This document shows positions 13,410-27,029 of a stretch of DNA of 64,000 nt, in pieces (position 1 is the first letter of the stretch; each line of letters begins with the position of its first letter). The translations under genes were made by a program, and so were the position numbers. This DNA is from Camelus dromedarius (Eukaryota): positions 110,114,001-110,178,000 of the forward strand of contig NC_087436.1 of the NCBI RefSeq assembly GCF_036321535.1. Direction: 5' to 3'. Under the pieces are notes generated by a model. That model did not search any database, was not told the DNA's origin, and worked only from the letters and a program-made list of their open reading frames with translations.

Positions 13410-13950
13410 TTAAATTCTAATCACAATTAAAACAAGATGTCATTTATGCCTATACAATTAAGAAATGTTCAGGCATTTCAATTCTTAACACTGATAAGAG
13501 TACAACAAAAATTGAAATTTCATATACTGGTGATGGAAGGGTAAAATGATTCAAAATTTCTGGATGACAGAAACAATGAGCATCAGCAGGGTTAACTTAG
13601 CATATATATTTGTTTTGACAAATGAATTCCATTCTAGGAAACTCTCACATCCTTACTGTCTATAATAAAATACAAGTTTAAGATCAAAGGTGCTCATCCC
13701 AGTGTCATTTATGAATCGAAACAACATAGTGGTCTAGTAATAAAGTAATTAAATTGGAGTTTTTATATGATGGAATAGTATTCATCATTTACAAATATGC
13801 TATATGAAATTATCCTATCATGGACAATGTTAAATTAAAATATCACACTAGAAAATTGTATTTCAAGATATTACCTCAACTAGGCAATAAGAGATTTAAG
13901 CAATACAATTTCTGTATAAAAATACATGAAAATATTTTACCAAGATTTTC
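13410..13950 (+). mobile_element. Ancient L1 (L1ME-like) 3' fragment
   Basis: aattaaaacaagatgtcatttatgcct...catatactggtgatggaagggtaaaatg...aattccattctaggaa. Confidence 0.6.
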
Positions 13951-13996
13951 TCCTCCCTGCCCAATTAGGGCAGGAACAAGCAGATGGGATAAAACA

Positions 13997-14499
13997 TGTA
14001 TTAGTCGGCATTCACTAGCATATGTGCAATAAAAACAAACACAAATCGCCTTAGTGACATATACAACAAGAAGTATGTATTTCTTACTCACGCTGTATGA
14101 AGGTTGAATATTGCACTTCAAAGAATCCCAGAGTATCCACAGTCCTGCTGATCTTAGTTGGTCTCCACTGAGCTTGGCTTCAGTCCGCAGATCAGATTTA
14201 GGTCTCCTCTGAAAGGGCACTTTCTGGGTTTCCCTTTGGTGGAGGGCAATAACACAAGAGGGCAACATGGTTCCAATGATGCCGCCCAGTGTGCCCTCCA
14301 AGAACGCAAGAAGACTGTCAAGAACTCACAGCGCTTCTAAAACTTCCTTGTAAGCATCATAACCAAGTCATGTACATTTTACTGACCAGAACTAGTCACA
14401 TAAAGAAGTCCAAAGTCAGTGGTCTGGAAAAGTTTATTCTGCAAGGTGACAATGGCAAGGGAGAGCTGTGAGTAAAGGATTCTGGACAAATCTACCACA
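13997..14499 (-). mobile_element. MaLR LTR (MLT1I/J-like)
   Basis: tgtattagtc...gtatttcttactcacgctg...tttactgaccagaactagtcacat...aaatctaccaca, with TG/CA ends. Confidence 0.75.
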
Positions 14500-17400
14500 G
14501 TGAGATGGGAGTTGGGGTTTTTATGTTATTTATTTATTTATTTATTGGCTTTAAACCTTACTGTATTTTTCAAATTTGGTATATTTTACTATCATACATA
14601 ATCTTAATAAATTTAAAATGTTATTATGTAAAATGTATATGTAAAATAAATAATTTTACCTATGCAATTACATATAAAGTAAAATTCATAATATCTATTA
14701 TCACTTTTGCCTAGATTTGGTAATGAACTTCCTATTTTATTTTTTGTAATCTCTCTTCATCTCCTTTTTTAAAAAATATGATTTTACTTGTCTAGTTTCA
14801 GTATTCTGGACTGTTTCTTTTCATTGTCATTTCTGAAAAGTACACTTTCTTTGGTTCAAAGAGGTTAAATTATTTCCCGACGCTAAGGTGAAAATTCATT
14901 TGTTGCAAAAGTTCTAGGTGGAATATAAGGAGTTAGGCGGCGATTAACCATTCATTCATTTGTACCTGCATGAGTAATAAGTAAGATCAAGATTATCTTT
15001 TAATTTGAAGAGCTGGGGGCTCAAAAAGAGTAAGAGATTTGAAATAAAATTTATGTGGAGTAATTGATTCAGTAAGAGATGGCTGAAAAGATCACTGAGA
15101 GACAAAAAAGGACCAAATCATACTATTATTGTGGGGCCAATAGTGCAGTTTGCTGATCCTATACACTATTCCCTGAAGTTGCTTAGCATTTGGGAATTTC
15201 AGCTAAAGATGAAAGAAGCAACGAGTGACACTTTCATTGTGAATTTATTACTTGTTTATGTTTATTTTATTAGAGAAATATTTATTTAACTCTTGTCATA
15301 TTTACCATTTACTATGATTATTTATTTTTATTTATAATTATAGGTTTAATGGCAATTTTGCTTGCTTTTGTTTATTCAATGACTAATTAACAGACATTTG
15401 GGTTATACAAACATGACTTCAGATCCTGGCTGTGACATTTGAGTTACTAGTAATTAGGCAGTAGATCTTAATTATCATCAGCAGCATTATTATTAAGAAC
15501 TAGACATAGGAAAAAAAAGAGAAATACAGTATGGAGAAAAAGTAAATGGGTGGTTTCAAAGAGAAAAAGAAAGATGATAATCTTGGGGTAGGTACCTTAC
15601 AAGAAATAAATAAATAAGTAAGAAACAATCAAACAAATAAACCAATAAACAAAGCGACTCTCCAGGACTTTGAATATTATCAGACAAATCTGATGATAAC
15701 CTGAGATTGTAAATGTGTGGTTTAAAACCACTGGGCACATCCAAAACACCACTGTAGATGCTGTAGAAATAATTTAAATGGCATAACTGGACTGTGATGT
15801 AAATTTAAAAGTGGCAAACTAATGATTTATATTGGAGAAAGACTGAATTAAAAGATATAGTTGGCTGGAAGAGCTAGAGAACGACGTCAGAACCTCACCG
15901 TGAACAAGTGTATCCAGCCCCAGCAGTGATCTCAAAGCAGACTTCATTTCCGGTCACCTTATAATGAAACCCACTCATTCTGGCCAAACTCACCACTTGC
16001 TTTTGCTTTGTCTCTGTGTCCTCCAAGCAACATTCCAAATACTAGTAGTCCAGTTTCCCACGAACTATAGGCTAGAATGGGTATTCCCTGGATGAGAGAG
16101 AGAATAATTCTGGTCATTGGGAAGGAACGTCCCTTTTGAAGTGAATTTACTGGAGGTTGGTGTGTTTGGCTCTCTTTCCTTATGTGTTGAATTACTATGA
16201 GTCACGAAGTCCAATATTTCCAGATGCTGCAACGCTAACATGAATGTTTGAAGGCACAAACATAGTATCATCCTCTGTGATTTACTTTTGAAAAATTAAT
16301 TAGGCTTCACTTGTCACCCTCACTTACTACCATCTTCTGTCTCCCCCTATCAAATAACAGTTAGCACTACTACAAGAAAATTATAGATATCTGTGATCTT
16401 AAACTGTATCGAGTAAACATATTGAAAATTTGTCTTATATCAATTTTTAAATATCAGATATATATCTAATCAAGTCTAAAATTTCAGATAATTTTTACTC
16501 CCTCGATCCTCTTGATGTGATAGCGTGAAAATGTAATAGATAATTAATAATCCTCACGTTTGCTATAGTCTAGGCCCATAGTACCATTACGCTTGAGATT
16601 TATTTTTCCTTCTATGACACCTGATTATTTTAACTGCAGCTCTATCTGAATACGTATAAACCAGCATTGGTTCAGTGATCTCAAAATGTCATGGCGTATC
16701 CTGAGTTATAAGGAGCTGTAATATTAATTTACAATCCTGAAATATAAGCTACCAGGAAATACAAAAGTCTTCTGATGAGTGTCTTGGTCACAATTCTAGT
16801 GATTTAATTGTTTAGTCTTGCTAGTCTATTTTTTTTCCTACATGGTTTTAAACATCTGGGGAGTATGTAAATCATTAGCTGTTTTGGGTGGGTTATGTGG
16901 TTTATAGAGGCACATTTGCACGAAAAAAAAAAAAAAAAGCTTAAAGATAAAATTGGGATGGGAACATTTCATCCATAAAAGGAAAACCTTATGGTCATTC
17001 AATGGAATGAACACATTAATAATTTGCAACTTTCCCACCACATCATTAAATCTTGGCACTGAATAGAAATGCCAAATGTAATGTTTCACAACCTATTTTT
17101 TTCCATAAATATTCATTCTTTTACAGTTGGAGAAAAAATATTGTCATTTATGTGGAACCAAAAAAAAAAAAATCACTAAAATAAAAACATCTGGTAAAAA
17201 TAGGCCAATATGTTAAGATCCAAGAGAAACCATTCCTGCTTTTTGTATTCTGCTTTTTCCTCACAAGAGGTCAAATTCTTCACAGAACTTCATATATTTA
17301 TTGGAAGTAGTATTTTAAGATCATAATGCCTCTACAAAATTATGATTGCCTATGCAATGTCTTGTGGTAAAGTTTTCTTGTAACATTAAAGATTTATAAA

Positions 17401-18019
17401 AAGGGCAAAGGGAACAAAGAATGTGAGTAAATGGCATGCAAGTCTCTGCTCCTGAGATGCTGCTAGAACTTACTGAACCCATATTTGGACATTAAATGAT
17501 GTCAAGTCTCTTTAGGGGTCAAATCAAAATGCATATTTCATCTCTGGTTAAATGCAATTTCATGGTACAGAACACTACTTCATAAAAATCAAATACATAT
17601 ATGGTGGAGAACCTATGGAAAATACACAAAAAACACACAGAGGAGTACATGGAGTTTTTTGCAAAATAGCTTTGAAAGAGAGACAGAGAGGTAGTCCATC
17701 TGTTGTAATTTATTTAGACTTATTTGCAAGATTCAATTTGATATTTTTTTTATCTTTTAGTGCTTGCCTAAATTCTATGATGCTAAGAGTATTTTTCTCC
17801 ATTGAATAAGTATAATGGACTATTTTTATTGGATAGAAACAAATACTTCAATAGGATTCACATGTATTTGAAAAATATTTCATCACCAAATTTTTCCTCT
17901 TATTAGACTACTTTTTAAAAAATTTAATTTAATCCTGGCTTCCAGGTTTATGAAATAAAATTAAAAATTCAAATGAGAAAATCATACTTGATGATAGTGA
18001 TGTTTTTTGACTCCTCAAA

Positions 18020-18480
18020 ATCCACTCCATCCCAAGTGAATTACTCATACTGATAAAAATAATCCCATCTTCTTCCTGGCAGATGACTTATAGGCATGCA
18101 TATGTCTCATTTTTGCCAAAGAGAAAGGAAATACAGATATTAGGTTTAATCTAGAAAATACTTATCTATTAAAAAAAAAATGAGACGCTGGGAAAGACAG
18201 TCACTTTATGCCTCCAGCCATTACTCTGTCTACATGTGATGTCTGGAACTGGTGCAGCCCTATTGGGCCATGAGAATAATCAAGGCTAACCTGACAGCAT
18301 ACAAAAACAATTCATTAGGAATGTCAGTGTAGAAAGACAGAATCTGGTCCTCTAAGGATCCAAGTTAAAATGTGTTTTCCTGGGCTTTTTGTTACACATA
18401 ATAAAAAATTTCTTTAATCTTTAAGTTAATTTGAGTTAGAAGTGTCTATTAGCTGGAAATGAAGACAATGTAACTGATAT
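18020..18480 (+). mobile_element. Old MaLR LTR (MLT1J/K-like)
   Basis: tgtgatgtctggaactggtgcagcc...ttttgttacacataataaaaaatttctttaatctttaagttaatttgagtt...taactgata. Confidence 0.6.
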
Positions 18481-18493
18481 AAAAGAAGCTACA

Positions 18494-18800
18494 TTTTTAT
18501 TGTAGTATAGTCAGTTTACAACATTGTCTCAATTTCTGGTGTACAGCATAATGTTTCAGTCATACATATAGATACATATATTTATTTTCATATTCTCTTT
18601 CATTATAGGTTACTATGAGATATTGAATGCAGTTCTCTGTGCTATACAGAAGAAACTTATTTATCTATTTTATATGTAGAAGTTAGTATCTGCAAATCTT
18701 TAACTCCTAATTTACACCTTCCTACCCCTTTTCCCCCTGGTAATCTTAAGTTTGTTTTCTATGTCTGTGATTCTTCTTCTGTTTTGTAAATAGGTTCATT
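18494..18800 (-). mobile_element. 5'-truncated camelid-like L1 3' UTR
   Basis: ttgtagtatagtcagtttacaacattgtctcaatttctggtgtacagcataatgtttcagtcatacatat...gctatacagaagaaac. Confidence 0.85.
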
Positions 18801-18819
18801 CATAAACACCAAGTTTCTG

Positions 18820-19010
18820 AAATTTGCTAAGCATTTAATGAACCTTAATCTTACTTAATTTGCACCTAACCATTGAGGTAAAGGTTATGATTGCTACTTT
18901 AGTAATACTGAAACAGGCTAAGAAAGGGCAAATAACCTACACTCGTAGGTAAAAAATGGTGGGCCTGGATTTGAAACCAGATTTTGTAATTCCAAGTATC
19001 TTACCTTATG
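18820..19010 (-). mobile_element. MIR SINE
   Basis: cttacttaatttgcacctaaccattgaggta...gaaacaggct...cctggatttgaaaccag. Confidence 0.6.
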
Positions 19011-19567
19011 CTTGATGTGAGGATTCTTCTGACTTGTGTGACATGTTTAGGATAATTTTCATTGGATTAATAAGTAATTTTTTCCATGAGAAAAAATATA
19101 ATTTTTTTCTGTGCAATTTCCCTTTAAATGTAAGAACCACCACATATGACAACAACAAATGAATTTTACTAGGCAGGCCCGTTGGTTTCATAAGAGTTGA
19201 CTGGCCTTAACAATTGAGTTGTCTATGTAATTCACAAGCTATACCATCTTATATACTATTTACTATATGTCTGGGGTTATTTCATGCTTTTATGATGTGG
19301 GAAGGATACAGCCATAAGAAGCATGGTGGTATCTTACGAGGACCATGCAGGAATGCATGTGAATTGTACATCTGGACTTCAAACTATTCTTCCTTAATCA
19401 CCTGTTAATACTCTTCTTTAACTATGCCTTTCGCATTAAGTCTCTGGTTCTCCTTTCCCACCCAGTTGTCATCTACCCTTTTAGTCATCTAATTCCTATA
19501 CTACTTTGTATCTCTACATATATAATCAGACATGTGGAATTATTCGGATATATTTTAATTACCCCTC

Positions 19568-19898
19568 TGCTGTAGACTGAATATTTGCTCCCACCCCTCA
19601 AATTCATATGTTGAAATCTAATTCCCAGTGTGATGCTATCAGAGGTAGGCCCTTTGGGAGATGCTCAGGTCATGAAGACAGATTAGTGCTTTTATGAAAG
19701 AGACCCCACTGTTCTCCCTAGGCATTTTTGCCATGTGAAGTCAGAATGAGAAGCCAGCTGTCAATGAGGAAGAGGTCTCTCACTAGACTCTGAATCTGCT
19801 GGCCCCATAATCTTGGACTTCCCAGCCTCCAGGACTATGAGAAATAAGTGTTTGCTGTCTAGAAGACACCTAATTAATGGCCCAAATGGACTTGGACA
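19568..19898 (+). mobile_element. MaLR solo LTR (MLT1A-like)
   Basis: tgctgtagactgaat...caaattcatatgttgaaatctaattccc...tcttggacttcccagcctccaggactatgagaaataa...gaca, with a 5-bp near-TSD ccctc/ccttc. Confidence 0.85.
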
Positions 19899-20759
19899 CC
19901 TTCATAATCATTTTTAAAAATTCTTGAGTGTCAAAACATCATTTCATCATGTTGATATTCTTCAGAACCCCCAGCATTTATTCATTACAATATGTATTAG
20001 TGCCTAATTTATGTAGGTACCATGGTAGGCTTGACAATACAAAGATGAACATGTAAAGTGCCTGGCCCACCATGATAGGCACTTGGGATGTTTAATTTAA
20101 TTTAATTTAATTTATCCCCCAGTAATACAAGAGTGAGCCTCTTCCAATCATCCTAAGAATGGGGGTCATATAAAGCGTAAGGCTAATGGTGAAATAATGC
20201 AGTTAAAGCTTAAGGTTAAATGCCATGCTGGTACACTGCATTATGTAATTCCCTCACATAATGAAGACAGGTCATTAAGGATTCAACACTTTCAAGCCTG
20301 CTTAACCCAAACAACTATGAAAAAGAATCTAAACACAGTTTCTCAGTTTTCAGATGGAGGAGGTTAAATTGGGCAAGACAGCAAATAATGAGGGATAATA
20401 AGGAAGAACTCAAATCATCAAGTACATTAACGAAGCTGATGTGCAGTTAATACTAAAAAGGATGTACCACTTTGCTGGATGAGAAGCAGAAAGTGATTCC
20501 CTTTCTAAGAAGCAATGGAAGACACATCCATACCTCTTTCCTTGTTCAGCTGAAATCCTTCTTTCCAAGTTCAGTTCATAAGTCATCTTTTTCCTGCTTT
20601 CTTTTCCTGTCCTGCCCACCCCGGAAGCTGTCTGTGCACCCTCACAGTGTTCTATCCATACTTCTTTTGAGTGTGGTGTCTGTCTTGTCACCCATGTGAT
20701 GAATGTTAACTCTTTAAGAAGAAAAGAAGAAATACCCATGGATGTTCCTCAGGTCTAGG

Positions 20760-20950
20760 AACTGAGCTAGACTTTTGTATATGCTGTCTTACCGTATCCT
20801 CCCACCAAATATATAATGTGGGTATAATGGACAAGATGAAGAGTGTCAAAGCCTTAATTAAATTTCCTGAGGTTACACAAGAAGTGAAGAGCCTAGCTGG
20901 GCTTCAGACTTAAGAATGTCTGGCTTCAAACTCATTATATATCTTGTTGT
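20760..20950 (-). mobile_element. MIR SINE
   Basis: aaatttcctgaggttacacaagaagtgaagagcctagctgggcttcagact...tgtctggcttcaaa. Confidence 0.55.
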
Positions 20951-22140
20951 CCTAAACTCTCTCCTCAGAGGAAGGCCATTGTCTTGATAGGATTTTCATA
21001 ATGTGGATGCTTGATAAAATTGGCTAATTCAAGGAATAACATGTTAACAAATAAGTTAAAAAATTAAGAAGCATTTCTATAATAAATTAATCTTATAGCT
21101 TCCACAGAAGTATTTCTACAACCAAATTTGATTCAGAAGTGCAATCCTGCTTGATGAAAGCTTTCCATTACTTGCAAGTGAGCGTTTCCACCAGGAGGAA
21201 ACATACAGCAAATTCCCAAGCTCTTTTGAAATCTTTATGGATTATTGTACATAATCCTTCCAGTTTCACTTGCTTGCCACTGAAAAATGTCATTTTTATT
21301 TTGCTGAATCCAAATGAGAAAAATTAACAAAATAAAGTTTTTCCCTGTTGTTTGTTTTGTCTTGTATTTTCCCCCCAGGAGAAGAAGGCTAATGACATAT
21401 CAATAAGCTGATATCAAGATCTAGTTTTTAAAGTAATTTTCCAAACATACACTTATAAGCATTTAGATTGCTGCCTCGGTCTTTTTATCTAAATTCTATC
21501 AAAGAAACAAGGCTATATGCAATGTTTATGCTGCATTTGTTAAGTATGTAATTTATTTTATTTGGCCAATATTTCAGTTATTATAGAAAGAGAAAGACTG
21601 TGTAAGCAAGATTTCTAGCACACCTGAAGAAATGATTGATGAGCTAAGTCATATAAAATGCCAGCTTTCACATTTTTTAAAATCTAGACTTCCAAGTATC
21701 TTAAGATCTGTCGGATACAAACATCACAGACATTTTGATTAAAAAGCTAAATTTCCTACAGAGGCAATGATGCTATTATAATTGTTCTTCCTGTTTGAAC
21801 AGACCTGGTACTTGCTTAACTCATAGAAAATGAGCTAATTTCTGCTTGACATAACCAAGACTTATACAGAATTCCACATTTGAGACTTTTTTTTTTCATC
21901 CATCTTCACTAATGGTGTAGCAACTGGGAGCACTCTTGGCTTCAAGTTACAGAAAAATGAAAGTGATAGTAAACAGGTAACAGTGTATCTATCTCATGTA
22001 ATAAATGTGTGGAGATAGCTGATTTCTGGCTTTGCTTCAGCTGTTCAGTGGCAGCATCGAGAAGCCAGATTCTTAAGGGGATCCTAAGAAGGGGACATCT
22101 TGGTCGGGTAAGAGGATAAATAAGAGACTAAAATGGATAG

Positions 22141-22890
22141 TGTATTAGAATAAAACTAGCTGCTATAACAAATAAACCTTAAAATTCAGTAATTTTAGAT
22201 AACAAGTTTACTTCTTTTTTTAAATTGATGTATAGTCAGTTTATAATGTTGTGTCAATTTCTGGTGTACAGCCCAATGTTTCAGTCATACATGAATATAC
22301 ATGTGTTTGTTTTCATATCCTTTTTCACTGTAAGCTACTATAAGATGTCAAATACACAGTATAAACTTGTTCATCTGTTTTATATATACCAGTCAATATC
22401 TGCAAATTTTGAACTTCCAATTTATCCCTTACCATCCCCTTCCCCCCGGTAACCATAAATTTGTTTTCTATGTCTGTGAGTCTGTTTCTGTTTTATAAAT
22501 AAATTTGTCTTTTTTTTTTTTTAGATTCCACATATGAGTGATATCATATGGTATTTTTCTTCCTCTTTCTGGCTTAAGAAGTTTACTTCTTTCTCAATAA
22601 ATAGAACAGGGTGAGTGAGCAATTAGGCATGCCAACCCTTCTCAATAAAGCTGTCTAGAGACTTATGCTTGGTGATGGCTGTGCCATCATCAATGAACTC
22701 CTTCTACTGTCACCCTGTGGTTCTTTTGCATTCCAGCCTGCAGACATGGAGGGTATAATGAGAGTAGTCCTGATGCTCTGTGCGCAGATAATGATGGTTA
22801 GGTTGTGAGTATTGAAGGTCTTTCCAGGAGCATACCTAGTTTGCAATCCCCTTGCCCACCCTGGTGATGCAAGCATGGCCCTGGGTAAGA
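22141..22890 (-). mobile_element. Old MaLR LTR (MLT1-like) split by an L1 insertion
   Basis: tgtattag...ctagctgctataacaaataaaccttaaaattcagt...aagtttacttc, resuming after 22592. Confidence 0.65.
22218..22575 (-). mobile_element. 5'-truncated camelid-like L1 3' UTR with TSD
   Basis: L1 3' UTR flanked by an exact 14-bp direct repeat aagtttacttcttt (22204-22217, 22579-22592). Confidence 0.9.
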
Positions 22891-24159
22891 CATGAAGTTT
22901 CTCAAACTCTTATTTCTTATAAGAAGTATGTTTAGCTATTTGCCATTTTTCTCAAGAATGAAGCATAAATTAAAATTATTTCTGACTATTAACGTTTTGG
23001 CTTTTTAGATCCCAAAAAAGCATAGGGGTTGGTCATACACATTCTCACCCTTGTGCGTTTTGTTCACACTGTCACCTATTTTGTGATGACTTCTCACACT
23101 TCTTACATGCTAAGCCATTGATTTTTCAATAAATAAAATTTATTAAATAATAATCTTTTCAATGAGTGTTACCTACTTCTGCCCCCGTTCTCGGTACTTT
23201 TGCATCCTTTCACTAGAATGCTCCAATATGCTCACCAGCTAAGCGTCTCTGCTCCACCTATGGATATGCAGAAGCTCAGAGAGGTGAAGTAATTTGCCCA
23301 CCATTCTCCTAATTGTGAAGTTAAAAACATAGGCATTACTTTGACAACTTCTTTTCCTTCATCCTCTTAAATGCAACCAATTGCAAATTTCTACCAAGTT
23401 CCTCGCTTTAATATTTCTCAAATTCCCTCAATTTTTGTTTTCATTCCTACAGCCGTCGCATCCATTCAATGTACTGTTATTGTCATTTGGGTTACGTCTG
23501 CATTCTCCTACTTGGTCTTCCTAACTCAGGCATCCTTTCCTACATTGTGTTGTACTGCTGCTGGAGTAAATCTTCCAAAATGGAAATAAATGTTTCAACT
23601 CTGTATTATATACGAATTAAAAAAAAATCCTTCTATTCTTTATCATTGTCATTATTGTTATCATCATCCAGGTCATTCCTTCCTCCTATGAGGGAAGTAA
23701 GTAGTTAACATTTTTATTCTGCCTCAAGTCTCACACAAAGTCACAAAACCACTTTGCAAAATCCACAAGAATTACAAATACTACAGGAAACCCCAGGAAG
23801 GCCTTCCAGAGGAGACACATGGAGAGAAAGGACATATTGTTCAGGAAATTAGAGTACAGCAAATATGAGAGAGACCATTTCCCATGACTAAAATGAATTA
23901 GCTGCTACAAACCAAAACACACCGATAACTCTCCACCAATGTGGCTCTGTCATTAGGAGCAAGTTACTTCTTTGTAAAGAAGGTATGATGATGAGGAAGG
24001 ACTTCTGGGATTATGCTTTGAAGGCAAGATGTCCCTAGAGAAGTGGTGCTCATGGCCAGAGGTAGTCGTTCAGATATCTCTGAGCAGTGCCAGAATTTAC
24101 CAAAATGTATAAAGAACCTAGATGATCACATTTCAGTGGAAAAAAAAAAAAAAACTAAC

Positions 24160-24400
24160 ATTGTAGCTCAGGGTTTAAGAACATCAACTATGTAGCCAAA
24201 CTGCCTGTGTGTTTCAAGCTTGGTGCCGACACTGATAGCTAGCTGTGAGACTTTGGCCAAACTCTTCTGTTTGATTCTCTGTGGTTCAGTTTCCTCATCT
24301 GTACAATGCAGATAGTAATCTTACCCAATGAGGAAGACAATTACAAAGGTTACACAAGATATGTGTATGTGTGTATGTGTGTTGCCAAGAACATTGCTTG
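24160..24400 (+). mobile_element. MIR SINE
   Basis: gccaaactgcctg...tagctgtgagactttggccaa...ttcagtttcctcatctgtacaatg. Confidence 0.8.
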
Positions 24401-25473
24401 GCATGTATTTTACGCTATACCATTTTGTATTTCACCCTATATGCACATCTGCTCATCTCAAATTTGCCTCAGCCTACTTCTCATAAAAGGAGAGGAGAAA
24501 GCCAAAACTCTTATCATAGTTTACTTCAATTGGAAAGAAATTTAGACTTTCACTGCTTAAAATCCCTCATTTTCTACTTTAGGAAATAGAAACCCAGAGA
24601 TGTGACTATATGCTGAGGAATTTATCCCTAGAAAGAAGACAAATTTAAATAATTTGACCCAGACAATTCTACTCTTGGTTTGGTGTTGTTTCAAATAAAC
24701 TGTATTATCTTAGCAAATGTCCATGTTGTTCAACATTTTCCTTGAGAGTAAGTGGGGAGAAAAAACTGCTTTCCCTGAGGGAAAGCCAAAGAAATTAATA
24801 AATCAGATGGTTTACACAACAAGACATAGCAAATAGACCGAGATTAGCATTGCAATCCATGAGTGCCTTTCTGAAAGTTGTTTCTCTGCTTACAAAATGA
24901 TGAGCTATGACTTTAGGGGATATTATGCAAAAATTCGTATCTTTACAAGTTCAAGATGAGTCATAATCTTACCTTCAAATTTATGACCAAGAAACCACAA
25001 ATTTACACCACATTGTGATCAAAATCCGCATACTTTTCTCTGTTAAATAAATATAAAAGACCAAAGACATCTTGCATAAGTTTTTCATTATTTCTGGAAC
25101 AGTTGTACTTTTAATTCTGCATATCAATATGTAACTGGGGCAAAACCATTATTTTGGACAGAAAAGGAAAAATCATCTGTGTTATCTGCTATTAGATTAT
25201 TACATCAAGCAGAGCCATTTCCATAGAAAAAGTTATGTATCCACAAAAATATATCAGATATTTGAAAGTATAAACAAAGAGAAAATTATATATAAACCTG
25301 CAAAACTTCAAAGGAAGAGTAGGATTGGGAGAGAAATGAAAACATCTCACAAATTTGGCTCAAAATCTTTAATGTCTCTCAGTATCTGAAGCATCTGAGA
25401 CCTTCTAGAAGATATTGGTTTCTAGAAGATTAAAAAAATTAAAGTTTAGGGTATTTTCATGTCTTTTTTAGCT

Positions 25474-25474
<1 letters not shown>

Positions 25475-25518
<44 letters not shown>
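25475..25518. repeat. T44 homopolymer
   Basis: 44 consecutive T, seen directly. Confidence 0.95.
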
Positions 25519-25519
<1 letters not shown>

Positions 25520-27029
25520 TCAGTGAATCCTATTGGTTAGTATAAGGAGTTGCAAAGAACTGGTGAAAAGAATTTAGTGTCTGGAAAGTTTGGGGGCTCC
25601 AAAATTGAAGAAACTCTCAAAACTTGAGGTTGCCAGAAACTGTTTTGTCCAATGCAACCTACAAATTTCTGTAAGAGGCCCCTCAAGGGTAGTGACGCAT
25701 GTATCTTGTCTCCTTCATAATGTAAAGTGCAATACAGAGACACAAGCCAGTATCATCTGCATGTCTGATTGCCTGTCACTGTCAATCTCGAAGGGCAGCA
25801 GAGAAGTCATTGCTAACAGCGTCAGAGTCTGCATGTCTTGTGCTTACATATTACTGGAAAGAATAAAATATAATGAACCTGATATGGACAAAGAATGCAA
25901 GGAATAGAATATTTCTTTCAGACTGTCAGCAAGCAATGGAACAAATGAGATTTATGGCAGAATTGGATCTGTGATTTATAGTTTTGCTTGTTCTTCATTT
26001 AAAGGAGGAAATTAAAACCACACTTGCATATGATTCAATCTTTGATCACTAGAGAATAGCTGCTGTGAATTAATTATTATAAACTCGATTACCCTTGTTC
26101 ACCCCAGGTGCTGCATCCATAGTGCCTTCCAACTAGGGTCCCAGGGGAAGACTTTTTTTGTTGTTGTTAAAATTCTGCAGGAAAATTATCTGGCGGTTGG
26201 CGTTTCACTAGGTAGTCATTTATTACTTAAGGAACGAATTGAATAATCTCATGGATAAAACATAGTTCAAAGAAAGACCCAGATTAAATTCTTAGCAGCT
26301 TCTTACTCAGAGATTGTGGGTGCTTATTTGCTTTTCATCATCTAAAAACCTAAAAATCAAATGCTTGAATTTATGCATAAATATTCTCAGATCCTCAGCC
26401 CTGATAGTTCCCATTTAATTCTGTAACTGAATATGGTAAACGTATTTCATAAAGAAGATACTTTGCTCATTTAGTCTCCATTTAAGGTAATAAAAATAAT
26501 TTTTTGATGTAAACATTTCAAGACAACAAAATGTAACAATGAATCCCGGAGAGAGGGGCCTTACGACATGCAAATAAGAATCTGCTTTAAAAGATGGTAA
26601 CGTGAATATTTTACTACAACTTCAATAAAATAATATTATAATTATGCAATTCATCATAAGAAAGCAACACTTTTTGAAGAGAATATTTTGAAAACTACTG
26701 ATGGCATAAAATATAAACATGGAAAGAAGAAAACTGTTCTGCACAGAGTTTAGAATGTAATCAAATATATTACCCAAGAAATGTAAAAATCTAAGGTGTT
26801 TTACATTGAACCTGTAAGCTGAAGGCTGGTGACTGTGAAACAGTCAAACGTGATCAGAGACCTCAGTGCTGTGGCAACTCAGGACAGATTATTTTAACAG
26901 AATGGGCTTACTCTTAAGCTGCTTTCCCGGTTGGAACATTCACACTTCCCTTTTTCTTTGGCTTTCCCGATCAATGGCTATGTTTATGGATAGGAGAGGA
27001 ACCAGTCTGTGAAGCACAAGAATAACGTG

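Noticed and set aside
13876..14301. Longest ORF in the track (141 aa)
   Set aside because: Spans MLT1 and L1 remnants with no recognisable protein similarity.
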